A DNA stretch of 64,000 nucleotides from Ignavibacteriota bacterium (GCA_963701295.1 OY969585.1:1-64000); one strand, 5' to 3'; positions 1 to 10,591 are shown, counted from the stretch's first letter. Numbers and translations are program-made. Notes: a model not told the origin generated them from the letters alone.

Positions 1-1582
1 AGTGATCCATAACTTCCGCTACGTCTGTCTTTGTATTGGGGTGTTTCCACTTATCAAAGAATTTCACATCGGCGCTGTGCGGAGTCGGTGTGGGAAGATC
101 AATTTGTACACGCTGTGGAATAGGAATCGCATCACCTATAATGATGGATTCACCTTGACGAAGAAGCGGAACAACGCTGTCAAGTCCGCTGAATGTATCG
201 GGCATCAGACGACGTATGTACGCCTGATCGGTCGGATTGAGTAATCGCAAGATTATAAAATTGTTGCATTGAGAGAGAATCGTCTCAGAAATATCCGAAG
301 GACGTTGACTGACAATCATACAACTGACACCGTATTTTCTTCCTTCTTTCGCAATACGTTCAACGGTTCGCCGTGCTGCTTTTGATCCGTCATTGGAAGT
401 CGACAGGTAATTATGTGCCTCTTCGAATACCAACAAGATAGGCAGATCACTACGTTTTGGATTCCAGAAATTGAAATCAAATGTGACTCTTGCTATCAAG
501 GCAGAAATTGTTTTGACAACATCAAATGGAACACCGCTCATATCCCAAATAGTAATCCTTGCTTTGCTCGCAAGACCGAAAAGCGTCATAAGGAGCGGCA
601 AGACGGACTCTGTTTCTACACAAATATTAGGTTGGAATAAAAATGCATACCGTGGATCGCTCATTTTATTGTCGAGACGAATCAATAAACGAGAGAACTT
701 ACCGAAGTACGGTCCCTCCTTCATACCGCCCGCAGTAGTCACTTTTTCGGTATCAAGAAAATGTAGTCTCGTACGTATTTCTTTCAAATCGTACGAAACC
801 GGCGAATCAATCGTAATGACATCTGCGAGTGTCGGGTTTTTAGCTTTTTTTGCTGCGTAGATAAGATCTTGGAGAACGGCTCCTTGAACCGATGCATTCT
901 CATCCGTAGGTTCCACAAACATTTCGAGCATCTCTTCTGCGTTCATCAACCAATACGGAAGTTCGAGCGATGCGATATCGCAGAATTGGCCCGTATCAGG
1001 AAAAGCCTCACGATATTCATTGTGGAGATCCAGAAGGACAATATGAGTATCCGAGAATCGTGCAACTTTTTGGAGAATAGATGCTACAGTGTAGGACTTC
1101 CCCGAACCACTTGAGCCGAGAACTGCAAGATGTTTTCCAAAGAACCGATTCGGATCTAAATAAGCGCGCTCATTTTCAAACAAGGAGAGCTGTCCGATAG
1201 AAAAATTGTACTGCTGATACGCTGCAAAGATAGACTTGATGTCTTTGTCTTCCAGTAAATAAACAACCATATCCACTGTCGGCATAACCGAAACACCTGT
1301 TTCATATTTTCCTTTTCGGATTGTTCCTACCAACGTGACCGTCATAATGTATTGAATAAAGCCTACTCCATCTTCACGCGTTTCCTCTTTCTTGATTCCC
1401 GAAACAATACCGATAACATAGATAGCACCAATCGGAATGAGCACGTAAGAACCGATCTGCCCGATATAGTAAACCCTATCTCCAATTTTTTTTGTCATAT
1501 TGGTGATTTCACGATCAAGAAGAACAACGACTGTTACGTTGACTACTTCTTTCACGACCCCTATTTGCTTTTGTTCCCACAT
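1..1582 (-). CDS. HerA/DUF87-family P-loop ATPase with N-terminal HAS-barrel-like region (3' end runs just off the window)
   Basis: Manual translation (missing from the ORF track): MWEQKQIGVVKEV...YIGQIGSYVLIP..., Walker A HLAVLGSSGSGKS, LDLHNEY, Walker B LLVFEEAHNY, ERIAKEGRKYG, VSQRPSDISETILSQCNN; open to position 1. Confidence 0.9.
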   Translation of the reverse strand, partial: MWEQKQIGVVKEVVNVTVVVLLDREITNMTKKIGDRVYYIGQIGSYVLIPIGAIYVIGIVSGIKKEETREDGVGFIQYIMTVTLVGTIRKGKYETGVSVMPTVDMVVYLLEDKDIKSIFAAYQQYNFSIGQLSLFENERAYLDPNRFFGKHLAVLGSSGSGKSYTVASILQKVARFSDTHIVLLDLHNEYREAFPDTGQFCDIASLELPYWLMNAEEMLEMFVEPTDENASVQGAVLQDLIYAAKKAKNPTLADVITIDSPVSYDLKEIRTRLHFLDTEKVTTAGGMKEGPYFGKFSRLLIRLDNKMSDPRYAFLFQPNICVETESVLPLLMTLFGLASKARITIWDMSGVPFDVVKTISALIARVTFDFNFWNPKRSDLPILLVFEEAHNYLSTSNDGSKAARRTVERIAKEGRKYGVSCMIVSQRPSDISETILSQCNNFIILRLLNPTDQAYIRRLMPDTFSGLDSVVPLLRQGESIIIGDAIPIPQRVQIDLPTPTPHSADVKFFDKWKHPNTKTDVAEVMDH

Positions 1583-1620
1583 AGATTTTCCTGTTGTCCT
1601 AATGTTTAAGAATTTTTCTC

Positions 1621-2745
1621 TCAGCTTTCCGCAGGAGCATTTATCGGAAGACTGAATCGAAATGTGGTTATTTTCCCTGGATCGCTTTCTACTGTAATAA
1701 TCCCACCATGTGCTTCCACAATGAGCTTACAAATTGCCAATCCCAATCCCGTGCCTTTTGCTTGTACAATTTCAGAAGCAATTCCTTGTTTATACCGTTC
1801 GAAGAGCGTTGGTAATTCATTCGGGGAGATTCCAGGACCGTTGTTGCTGATCGAAGTCTTTATAAATTCACTCGTTCCGGATGCATCCTTTGAACTTACC
1901 ACTGAAATTTGGACAGTTCCTTCGGCTGGCGTAAATTTTAAAGCGTTGCTGAAGATATTCGCATATACCTGACCTATTTTTTGCGCATCCGCTGAAATTG
2001 ATGGTGAGCCATCTTCAATTGAGATGTCAATATGGATCCGCTTTTGTTTGAATTGAGGCTGCATTTGTTTCATGATTCTATTGGCGATTTCACCAATATA
2101 CACCGGCTCTCGGATCAGGTTCATTTTGCCGGCTTCATATTTTGAGAGGTCTAGCATGTCGTTGATCAAATTAAGCAATCGCCTTGTAGCATCTTCAGCT
2201 GAAACGAGAAGTTCTCGATGAACATCTTGAATCGGAGAACCCTTGATCAACGGTTCTTCGAGTAATTCCATGATACTGCTGATTCCACCAATCGGACTAC
2301 GCATATCGTGGATGAGCATCGCCATAAAATCAGCCTTCGTTCGCTCAAGTTCAGCTTCCATTTTTTTGAGACGCACAAGTGAACGGGTGCGAACCAATAA
2401 CTCATCAATGTCGATCGGTTTCGTGAGGTACTCATCCGCCCCTAACGAGAGACCTTGTTCAATACTCGAAGCATCTTTCCGCTGAGCCGTGAGAAAGATG
2501 ACAGGAATGTCCGCAGTTTTCTTTGAAGCGCGTAGATGTTTCAGGGTCTCGAACCCATCCATTTCCGGCATTTGAATGTCCAACAAAATAACATCCGGAT
2601 GATTCTGGGCTGCCATCTGTAAACATTCTTTGCCGCTGCTCGCACGTAACATCCGCACCGGTTTTCGTTTGAGGGCAAACTCCAATAAATCGAGATTATC
2701 CTCAGTATCATCAACGACAAGAATTGTGGGTTGCGGTACGTCCAT
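1621..2745 (-). CDS. Receiver-domain/histidine kinase hybrid (REC-HisKA-HATPase)
   Basis: ILVVDD, LLDIQMPEMDG, TKP; H-box LIHDMRSP; N-box NALKF; G-box GTGLGLAI. Confidence 0.93.
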   Translation of the reverse strand: MDVPQPTILVVDDTEDNLDLLEFALKRKPVRMLRASSGKECLQMAAQNHPDVILLDIQMPEMDGFETLKHLRASKKTADIPVIFLTAQRKDASSIEQGLSLGADEYLTKPIDIDELLVRTRSLVRLKKMEAELERTKADFMAMLIHDMRSPIGGISSIMELLEEPLIKGSPIQDVHRELLVSAEDATRRLLNLINDMLDLSKYEAGKMNLIREPVYIGEIANRIMKQMQPQFKQKRIHIDISIEDGSPSISADAQKIGQVYANIFSNALKFTPAEGTVQISVVSSKDASGTSEFIKTSISNNGPGISPNELPTLFERYKQGIASEIVQAKGTGLGLAICKLIVEAHGGIITVESDPGKITTFRFSLPINAPAES

Positions 2746-2764
2746 ATGCTTCTCTGTTCTTTCT

Positions 2765-5650
2765 CTATCGAGGTGATTGATAAATAATTTTCTTGATCGT
2801 ACTCGAAATAATTTCTTTCGAGAATTGACCCTTTTCGATAAACTCCTGAGTCAGAGTATTCAAGCTCTTACGCTGTCCGTCTGTAATCTCGGCTCCGGAA
2901 ACAATCACGATAGGAAGATCGCGCCACCGTTCCTGACTGCGAAGCTGTTTTACAACGGCAAATCCGTCCATACCAGGCATAAGAAGATCAAGGAATAAAA
3001 GCGATGGATTGATATTCTCAATATCCTTAAGTGCATTTTCACCGCTGTACATCGCCACTGCACGATATCCTTCAGTTTCAAGCAATATTTTTAGTGAATC
3101 AGCAAAATCCTGGTTATCATCAACGATCATGATTGGCTTATTCTTCGAACGACAGGCACGTTCTACAACACTTAGCACTTTCTTTGGTTCAGATGGCTTT
3201 GCAATAACTTCCAGTGCACCAAGCGATAATGCCAGCGGTCGGTTTTCAATAATCGAATGAATAATTACAGGAATATCTTTCGTCGCAGGATTATTCTTGA
3301 GTTCTCGAAGAACTTGCCAACCATCTTTCTCTGGCATCATAATGTCTAAAGTAATAACTGCAGGACGAAGTTCTTGTGCTAATCGAATTCCTTCTTCTCC
3401 CGATCCCGCTCCTCGAACTGAATAGCCTTCCGGAATGAGGTAGCGGCGCAGAAGATCAATCACTTCTGTATCATCATCAATGCAAAGAACAAGAATGCTT
3501 GTAGAAGGCGCAACTGACTTCTCCGGTGCAGGTCTTGCTGCCGAGAGTACTGCTGTTGATGCGGAAGCTGGCGTACCCTTTGAAGGCGCCGGTTCTTCAC
3601 CGGGTTTCTGAAGTTTATCTTGGGGGAACGCAGGGGGAAGAACAAGAATAAACGTAGAACCTTTCCCAAACTCACTTTGCACAGTAAGATTACCACCCAG
3701 TAGTCGTGCATAGTTTTTCGCAATCGGTAATCCTAGGCCGGTGCCCTTATACTTCCTGGCATTGCTCGAATCGATCTGAGAAAACTCCTCAAAGACACGA
3801 TCAAGATTTTTTGCTTCAATGCCGATGCCATCATCTTTCACGGAAATAGAAATCATGTCGCCGTGCTTCTTAGCAAAAATCGAAATAGTACCCTGGTCAG
3901 TAAATTTTGCAGCATTACTTAACAGATTCAAGAGGATTTGTTTAACCTTGAGGATATCGGTATTCAAAATGGGAAGTTCGGGTTCAACCTCCTGAATAAG
4001 TTTCACACCTTTCGATGTCACCATTGGTTCCACGGTAACCATGACGTTTGAAATGATTTCACTAATTTCACCGCTGTCAATATTGATAGGTGTTCTGCCC
4101 GCCTCAATTTTTGAGAAATCCAATATATCATTAATGAGCTCAAGCAGGTGTTTACCATTCTTCAATACTTTTTCTATTGCTTTTGCCTGATCAGGAGTGA
4201 GCGGTTCACCGTGTGGTCCTAACAAAACAGAAGTAAAACCGATGATGGAGTTCAGCGGGGTCCGCAGTTCATGAGACATGTTCGAGAGGAAATCAGATTT
4301 TACACGGTACGCTTTCTGCAATTCAGCATTCTTCGTATTGAGCTCATTATTCTTTGTTGCAACTTCGATCGAAAGCTTCCGCGTAGAATCCGTGTTCATC
4401 GCGTTGGTAATAGCAACACCAATCTGCGGAACGGAATTTTTGATGATTTCCAGGCGAAGTTTATCGAATGGCTGCATAGCACCCAGAACAATCACACCAA
4501 TGAGATTTTCTTGAAACAGAATAGGCACTGCCAAAACATTGGTAGGTGCAATGCGTACAAGACCTGTATCGATGATAAATCCTTTGGTGGCAACAATATC
4601 GCTGACTTCAAGATTCTTTTTCATCGCGGCACACTGGCCGGGAATACCTTCCCCTAATTTATATTCCAACTTGTCTTCGGTCATATTCAGGGCATAGCCG
4701 CTGACTAATCTCAACACATTTGATTCGTTCTCCAGAAGATATAATGCGCCAACCGCAGCGCTCATATGCAAACATAATATTTGCAAACTGGTTTGTTCTA
4801 CGTTTTCAGTCGATTCGTGTTTATTCAATGCTGTCATCAACTCTGAATACGCCGTCAGGCGATTATAGTTATTTTGCAGCATTTCAGACATATGATTGAA
4901 ATCTTTTGCCAAAGCTCCTAATTCATCACGTTGCCGCAGTGTTATAGGCTGATATATCCCGTTCATAATATTTTGCGTTCCGTTCCGTAATTTTTCCACT
5001 GGTTTGGTAATAGAGCGCGAAAGAATAAATCCGAGAGCAATAGCAAAAACAGCAAATAAGATGTTCACTGCAAAGATAAATGTGTTTATGTTCTTTGCAA
5101 GTCCTATAGCATTCTCAATATTCAAGGAAACAGACCTGAGCCTGCGTTGATAGAGGGAATTAATCAATGTTCTTGCCGTCTCAAAATATTGGGCGGTTGT
5201 TTGTTGTCGCCCTAAAGCCTGAATCTCTTGCGAAAGTTTTTCTCCCTTGAGACCGGAAGAGTATAAAAGTATCCTTCTATCTCCTATATTAGCGATCCAA
5301 TCATAAACAGAAGATCGTATTTGCCTCAATGTTTGGTTATCGATAGAATCAACATAGCTTTTCTGAAGCGTTGCCATCTCATTGTCGAATGATTTCAGAT
5401 AGGTGTCATAGGCCGCTCTTTTCCCCGGATTACCCGTATAGAAGTAATCATCGACTGTAGCTTGAATATCAACAAGTAATTCCCGAATGCGATCTAAATT
5501 AGAGGTGACTGTAATTTCGTCAAATGCTTCGCTATAGCTTTTTTGTTGCTGTTTTAAAAAATACAGCGTTACACCTGTTGTCGCTGAAAGAATAAAAAGA
5601 AGAATTATAAAATCAAAGGTCACTTTCCAAAAGAGTCTCGATGAGAACAT
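2765..5650 (-). CDS. Membrane hybrid sensor kinase (periplasmic CHASE3-like helical sensor, HAMP, GAF, HisKA, HATPase, two REC domains)
   Basis: Two TM segments, HAMP DELGALAKDFN, GAF GEGIPGQCA, SHELRTPLNSIIGF, NAAKFT, GTGLGL, two receiver domains; ATG at 5650 follows GAGG (ORF track starts at 5692). Confidence 0.92.
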   Translation of the reverse strand: MFSSRLFWKVTFDFIILLFILSATTGVTLYFLKQQQKSYSEAFDEITVTSNLDRIRELLVDIQATVDDYFYTGNPGKRAAYDTYLKSFDNEMATLQKSYVDSIDNQTLRQIRSSVYDWIANIGDRRILLYSSGLKGEKLSQEIQALGRQQTTAQYFETARTLINSLYQRRLRSVSLNIENAIGLAKNINTFIFAVNILFAVFAIALGFILSRSITKPVEKLRNGTQNIMNGIYQPITLRQRDELGALAKDFNHMSEMLQNNYNRLTAYSELMTALNKHESTENVEQTSLQILCLHMSAAVGALYLLENESNVLRLVSGYALNMTEDKLEYKLGEGIPGQCAAMKKNLEVSDIVATKGFIIDTGLVRIAPTNVLAVPILFQENLIGVIVLGAMQPFDKLRLEIIKNSVPQIGVAITNAMNTDSTRKLSIEVATKNNELNTKNAELQKAYRVKSDFLSNMSHELRTPLNSIIGFTSVLLGPHGEPLTPDQAKAIEKVLKNGKHLLELINDILDFSKIEAGRTPINIDSGEISEIISNVMVTVEPMVTSKGVKLIQEVEPELPILNTDILKVKQILLNLLSNAAKFTDQGTISIFAKKHGDMISISVKDDGIGIEAKNLDRVFEEFSQIDSSNARKYKGTGLGLPIAKNYARLLGGNLTVQSEFGKGSTFILVLPPAFPQDKLQKPGEEPAPSKGTPASASTAVLSAARPAPEKSVAPSTSILVLCIDDDTEVIDLLRRYLIPEGYSVRGAGSGEEGIRLAQELRPAVITLDIMMPEKDGWQVLRELKNNPATKDIPVIIHSIIENRPLALSLGALEVIAKPSEPKKVLSVVERACRSKNKPIMIVDDNQDFADSLKILLETEGYRAVAMYSGENALKDIENINPSLLFLDLLMPGMDGFAVVKQLRSQERWRDLPIVIVSGAEITDGQRKSLNTLTQEFIEKGQFSKEIISSTIKKIIYQSPR

Positions 5651-5701
5651 AGAAACCTCAGTATAATAAAAATAAAATAAGTGTGTGGACACTAGAAAAT
5701 A

Positions 5702-5839
5702 TCATGGGCAGTCATACTTTTGAATAAGATTCATGAGTTGCTCCTGATCCATCGGTTTAGTGTAATGCTCTATGCAATCGATCGAAACACACCTCTTTAT
5801 GAAAAAGGCGTATAGATGAATGACCATATCTGAAAACAT
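5702..5839 (-). pseudogene. Short ORF/remnant resembling the C-terminal end of a receiver domain
   Basis: MFSDMVIHLYAFFIKRCVSIDCIEHYTKPMDQEQLMNLIQKYDCP*; the C..dy.tKP.d.e.L...i.kY pattern matches REC beta5-alpha5; directly upstream of the hybrid kinase. Confidence 0.45.
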
Positions 5840-6070
5840 TTGAAAACAGAACGAGAAAGTTCACTCAATTCCCATCCTCGTATCAATAAACATCATCGAC
5901 TGCTTTTTATAATCATTTTCCAAATCAATTTACAGCAAGGCGTATAGAAATGCAAGTACATACATAGAGACAACTATTTATATCCCTCACAAAGGGCTTT
6001 CTACCCAGAATGCCAAAAAAAAGATCAGTGAAGAGTAATTCAAGCCGGAATAGCCTCTTCACCGCATCCT

Positions 6071-6271
6071 TCAAGCGTACACTATAGTTGGCATCCATAC
6101 CATACCGTACCGTGCCAGAGCACAGATTACATCGTATTCGCCCCCGCCAGCATACGCTTCAAATATAGGAATAAGTTCAATCCGCTGATGTCCTGAACGA
6201 CTCAACTGGTTCATGCATTCTCCCCTCGAGAGCACATCAAATTCAGCTTCTTGGTCTGTTTTAATTTCCAA
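6071..6271 (-). pseudogene. kdgK: Truncated PfkB-family sugar kinase (2-keto-3-deoxygluconate kinase-like) N-terminus
   Basis: FDVLSRGECMNQLSRSGHQRIELIPIFEAYAGGGEYDVICALARYG matches the KdgK start (GE.M.RLS....R......FE...GGGE.NVA..LA..G); only 66 aa; directly downstream of uxaC. Confidence 0.75.
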
Positions 6272-6321
6272 TCCTATCTTTCACATTTCACTTGTCGACT
6301 GTATTAATGTCCAAACAATTT

Positions 6322-7740
6322 TCAAATCGGATTAAAACCAAAATATCTCTTTGCATTGTTATAACAAATATCCTGGACCATACTGCCAATGAGTTTTATG
6401 TCACTCGGAATCAGACCCTGTTCTATCTCGCCACCAAGAATATTGCAGAGGAGCCTTCGGAAATACTCATGTCGCGAATAAGAAAGGAAACTCCTTGAAT
6501 CTGTGAGCATGCCGACAAACTGACTTAACATTCCCAAGTTCGAAAGTGCCTCGATTTGTTTTTGTATCCCATCACGTTGATCAAGGAACCACCAGCTTGA
6601 ACCATACTGCAATTTACCAGCAATAGTTCCATCTTGGAAATTCCCAATCATGGTTGCTATCAATTCATTGTCTCTTGGATTAAGATTGAAGAGAATGGTT
6701 TTAGCAAGCTTATTCTCTAAATCAAGCTTATCGAGAAATTTAGCTAATGGTCGAGCAATTTCGAAATCACCGATAGAATCGAATCCAGTATCCGGTCCAA
6801 GTATGCGCATCATTCTTGAGTTGTTATTGCGAAGTGCACCTAGATGGAGCTGTTGTACCCATCCCTTCTCGTAATCCATCACACCAAACTCATGCATCAT
6901 CGCTGACTTGAATTTCAATGTCTCGACTGCATTAAGACTTTTCCCCTTCTGGAGCTTTTTGAAAATAAACTTAATTTCTAAATCCGTGTAATCTTCTGCA
7001 TACGCTGTTTCGATACCATGATCCGAAACCCTGCAGCCACGCGAGTGAAAGAAATCATGCCGAGCACGAAGAGCAACTAGCAAGGAGTCAAAATCCTTTA
7101 TCTCAATTCCGGATGCGGTTTCTAACTTCCGGAGATAGGAGAGGAACGCATCTACATTTTCTACTGCCATTGTTTTATCCGGTCTAAATGTCGGCAACAT
7201 CTTTGTGAATCCATTACCCTTTTTTTCATATGCTTCATGATAATCGAGAGAATCAATTGGATCGTCAGTTGTGCAAATGACCTTGACATTCATTCGTTTC
7301 ACAATTCCTTGCGATGTAAAGCCGAGAGTGGCTAACTTGGCATTACACTTTTCCCAAATCGATTTCGCTGTCTTTTCGTTGAATAGTTTATCTGAAATGC
7401 CAAAAGGACGTTTTAGTTCCAGATGTGTCCAATGGTACAGCGGGTTGCGAATTGTTTTTGGCACTGTGCGTGCCCACATTTCAAATTTTTCCCAATCTGA
7501 TGCATTACCTGTAATAAACTGTTCCTTGACACCACAAGTACGCATGGCACGCCACTTATAGTGATCCTCTGCGAGCCATATTTGTGTCATATTTTCAAAC
7601 TTACGATTTTGTGCAACTTCTTTTGGTGAAATGTGACAATGATAATCAATGATGGGAAGAGGTTCCGCATAGGTATGATATAACTTCGATGCAGTTTTTG
7701 AGTCAAGCAAGAAATCTTTATGGATGAATTCTTTTTTCAT
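6322..7740 (-). CDS. uxaC: Uronate (glucuronate) isomerase
   Basis: PIIDYHCH, DHYKWRAMR, NPLYHWTHLEL, TTDDP, WWFLDQ, GMLTDSRSFLSYSRHEYFRR. Confidence 0.97.
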   Translation of the reverse strand: MKKEFIHKDFLLDSKTASKLYHTYAEPLPIIDYHCHISPKEVAQNRKFENMTQIWLAEDHYKWRAMRTCGVKEQFITGNASDWEKFEMWARTVPKTIRNPLYHWTHLELKRPFGISDKLFNEKTAKSIWEKCNAKLATLGFTSQGIVKRMNVKVICTTDDPIDSLDYHEAYEKKGNGFTKMLPTFRPDKTMAVENVDAFLSYLRKLETASGIEIKDFDSLLVALRARHDFFHSRGCRVSDHGIETAYAEDYTDLEIKFIFKKLQKGKSLNAVETLKFKSAMMHEFGVMDYEKGWVQQLHLGALRNNNSRMMRILGPDTGFDSIGDFEIARPLAKFLDKLDLENKLAKTILFNLNPRDNELIATMIGNFQDGTIAGKLQYGSSWWFLDQRDGIQKQIEALSNLGMLSQFVGMLTDSRSFLSYSRHEYFRRLLCNILGGEIEQGLIPSDIKLIGSMVQDICYNNAKRYFGFNPI

Positions 7741-7848
7741 AAGTTTGTCCTTTTAGATTAGTTCAGAACCAATCAACTTTACAAACTGTCATAGCGTAAT
7801 ATCGATGTAAAACGAATCTTCCCACATTATTGCTTTACATCTGCTACA

Positions 7849-7948
7849 TTCTGCTTCTTCTTCCGCCAGTCCAAGAGACATACCTTACCATAAACAAGTG
7901 CGTGTACTAGTAGCAACGGCGACATTTCCACACAAATCGAACAGACAT
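7849..7948 (-). pseudogene. kduD: Remnant of a KduD-like SDR N-terminus
   Basis: Minus frame reads LFDLCGNVAVATSTRTCLW*GMSLGLAEEEAE, matching LFDL.GKVAVVTG..TGLGQGMALGLAEAGA with an internal stop; upstream of uxaC. Confidence 0.6.
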
Positions 7949-8899
7949 CTCAGTGCTCTCTTCCCAATATTAGTAGATATAGAATTGTCTTTTCAAGTTT
8001 CACTTACTAACAGGATTTGGTTTTTATTCCATGAAACAAGAATAAGCCATATACTTGAAAATAATATACCTATAATCTCTCGTAAGATAAACACTCCTTG
8101 TTTGTCATTTGCATTGAAAAGAAAGAAAATTTAGAAGGTCAAATGTAAAAGTGACGACTTTGCGTGCGGGAACATAGAATATCTTTTATATGAAATGAAA
8201 AAGAGATCATAACCAATTAAGCAAAGATCTCGTCATAAATCAGAAACGTTCATAGAGCAAAATATTTGCTGTGTCAGAGAGAGCTTGGCAGGTAAATCCG
8301 GCTCGCTACATAATAATCACAGGAGATTGTGCAATGTGAACTCTCATTTGCAAAGGGATGCCTCTCGTTTATTCATTTTTCAGATTTACTTCGGCTCATT
8401 CCATACAACAATTTACTATTCTAAGTGCTGGGAAAAAGTTATTCATACGATTACAAACAACATGAACACAGCTTAAATTTTCTCTTTTTTCTTAGGAAAA
8501 CGGGGGAGCAAGAACTATTAAAATGACGAGCATACAATACCAGACAGCCAAACCACTGATAGTGGTAACATTTGGATTCATTTGGAATACCAAATGAGCT
8601 TGCGTAAGATCGATTTTTTCCATTTGGAAGTTACCTTAACAAATTGTACTTTAACAGTGCCAAGTAACAGTACACCGTGCTTGCTTTATTGTGAGAATTC
8701 CCTTTCGTTTTATATAAGGGAATCTGCTTCGATAATCTTAGATGGGGTTAAGCTCTGCATCCCAAGTGTAAGAAGCTATCAACGAGCAACTACCAATTGG
8801 TATATCTGTTCGCTGATTTTTTTCGCAAGAGCCGGTAGTTGCGGCGTACACCATCCCGACGGTTGGTCGGGGAACATCTTATATGAAAGGATTTGTTCC

Positions 8900-9100
8900 A
8901 TGGAACAAGGAACAGTCAAATGGTTCAATAGTGCTAAGGGGTTTGGATTCGTTTCTCGCGCAAGCGGCGAAGATGTATTCGTGCATTTTAAGTCGATCGT
9001 TGGTGAAGGGTACAAGACCCTGAACGACGGTGACAAAGTGCAGTTTGAAGTCCAGGAGGGACCGAAGGGGCTCCAAGCAGTAAACGTTTCCAAGGTGTAA
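8900..9100 (+). CDS. cspA: Cold-shock protein (66 aa)
   Basis: [30 protein letters not shown]; RNP1/RNP2 motifs; AAAGGA RBS; the ORF-track 8582 start is an over-extension. Confidence 0.95.
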   Translation: MEQGTVKWFNSAKGFGFVSRASGEDVFVHFKSIVGEGYKTLNDGDKVQFEVQEGPKGLQAVNVSKV

Positions 9101-9146
9101 GGGATGCATTTCATTTCTTGCGAATGAACATTCTGGAATAAGACAC

Positions 9147-9183
9147 AAAAGGCATGCAGTAATAAATCTGTATGCCTTTTTTT
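9147..9183 (+). terminator. Intrinsic terminator, probably bidirectional, between csp and terC
   Basis: AAAAGGCATGCAG-taataaat-CTGTATGCCTTTTTTT. Confidence 0.8.
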
Positions 9184-9237
9184 ATAAACTCTGCGACCGA
9201 CGAAGGAATCTTCCTCTGTCTGATGATCACACCAGGA

Positions 9238-10176
9238 TTAGTTAGGCAAAGTATTTTTTTTCTTCAACCTTTTTGACCTATTTATTGACGCCATAATTGC
9301 AATCACAAGCACCGCACCAACCACCCCTAATGCTATTCCAATTGAAATTGGTATATATCCCATCAGCAGCATCTTTAATCCTATGAAGACGAGCACAACC
9401 GACAATCCATGCCTAAGGTAGTAGAATAAATCCATCATTCCTGCTAAGGCAAAATAGAGAGATCTCAAACCGAGAATAGCGAATACATTGGATGTATAGA
9501 TGATAAATGAATCTTGCGTAATGGCAAATATTGCAGGGATTGAATCTACGGCAAAAAGAAGATCCGTTGTTTCTATGACTATCAGAACAACAATTAAGAG
9601 CGTGCCAAATCGTCTTCCTCCGGTCTTCACAAAGAACTTCTCTTCATGATATCCTGCAGTAACCGGAAAAAGTTTTTTAAAAAACCGAACTACAATATTC
9701 CGCTCAGGATGCACTTCTTTTTCCTTGTTCTGAAATGCCATTTTGATTCCGGTAACTACAAGAAATAATCCAAAAAGATAGAGTATCCAATGAAAGCGTG
9801 CAACGAGTGCGGCGCCTAAAAAGATCAAGGTACCTCGCATAACCAAGGCACCCAATATTCCCCAGAACAGAACCTTATGCTGATACTTTGCAGGTACTTT
9901 GAAATATGAGAACAAGAGGAGAAAGACAAAAAGATTATCAACACTGAGAGATTTCTCGATGAGGTACCCGGTGAAGAATTGCAACGCTGATCCATGACCG
10001 TACCAGAGAAATACTCCGACATTAAAAAGAAGTGAAATAAAAATCCATATTCCACTCCACACTAAGGATTCTCGAATGCTGATTTCATGGGGCTTGCGGT
10101 TAAAAACCATTAAATCAATAATGAGAAGAAAGAGAATGAAGACATTAAATCCAACCCAAAGAAGGATGGTATGCAT
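9238..10176 (-). CDS. terC: TerC/Alx family integral membrane protein
   Basis: FFTGYLIEKSLSVDNLFVF, LFWGILGALVMR, DLLFAVDSIPAIFAITQD, TSNVFAILGLRSLYF; probable ATG at 10176. Confidence 0.92.
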   Translation of the reverse strand: MHTILLWVGFNVFILFLLIIDLMVFNRKPHEISIRESLVWSGIWIFISLLFNVGVFLWYGHGSALQFFTGYLIEKSLSVDNLFVFLLLFSYFKVPAKYQHKVLFWGILGALVMRGTLIFLGAALVARFHWILYLFGLFLVVTGIKMAFQNKEKEVHPERNIVVRFFKKLFPVTAGYHEEKFFVKTGGRRFGTLLIVVLIVIETTDLLFAVDSIPAIFAITQDSFIIYTSNVFAILGLRSLYFALAGMMDLFYYLRHGLSVVLVFIGLKMLLMGYIPISIGIALGVVGAVLVIAIMASINRSKRLKKKNTLPN

Positions 10177-10500
10177 TAGGACTGCTTTCTCGAAAGAGCC
10201 ACACAGTTCATTTGTTGTTTCCAATAAAGATAGAAAGGAATTCCTACAAGAAGCAATAGGAAACCTACTAAAGAATCGGCTATCTGTTCAACAAGTGTAT
10301 TCACGACAAACCACATTGCCATAAAAATGCATGTAATCGGCACCCACGTGTATCCTAGCACACAAAACGTGCGGTTGACGGAAGACATCTTTTTGCAAAT
10401 AATAAAATCACGATGGCATCAAGGTCTAAGAAAATCCAACCGGCAAAGATCACATAGGTCAACATAATAGTAAGCAATCCTGTAAGCACCCAAAGACATG
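10176..10500 (-). pseudogene. C-terminal remnant of an APC-family amino-acid permease
   Basis: Two frames: ..VLTGLLTIMLTYVIFAGWIFL..VILLFAKR and NRTFCVLGYTWVPI..WFVVNTLVEQIADSLVGFLLLLVGIPFYLYWK; stop overlaps terC start (TAATG). Confidence 0.7.
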
Positions 10501-10591
10501 CGGACGGTTTGTTGCATATTCCTTCGCTCCCGGACGGGCGATTGTAGGACTAGTACTATCAAGATCCAAAATTCATTTTTCCGAATTCAAC

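Noticed and set aside
2-1609. Several plus-strand ORFs of 75-129 aa
   Set aside because: Antisense shadows of the minus-strand HerA gene
8582-8899. 106-aa N-terminal extension of the cold-shock protein in the ORF track
   Set aside because: The canonical Csp starts at ATG 8900 with a good RBS; the extension is low-quality leader sequence
10520-10560. Possible tRNA 3'-end fragment (att site)
   Set aside because: No TTCGA T-loop or CCA; too short to support
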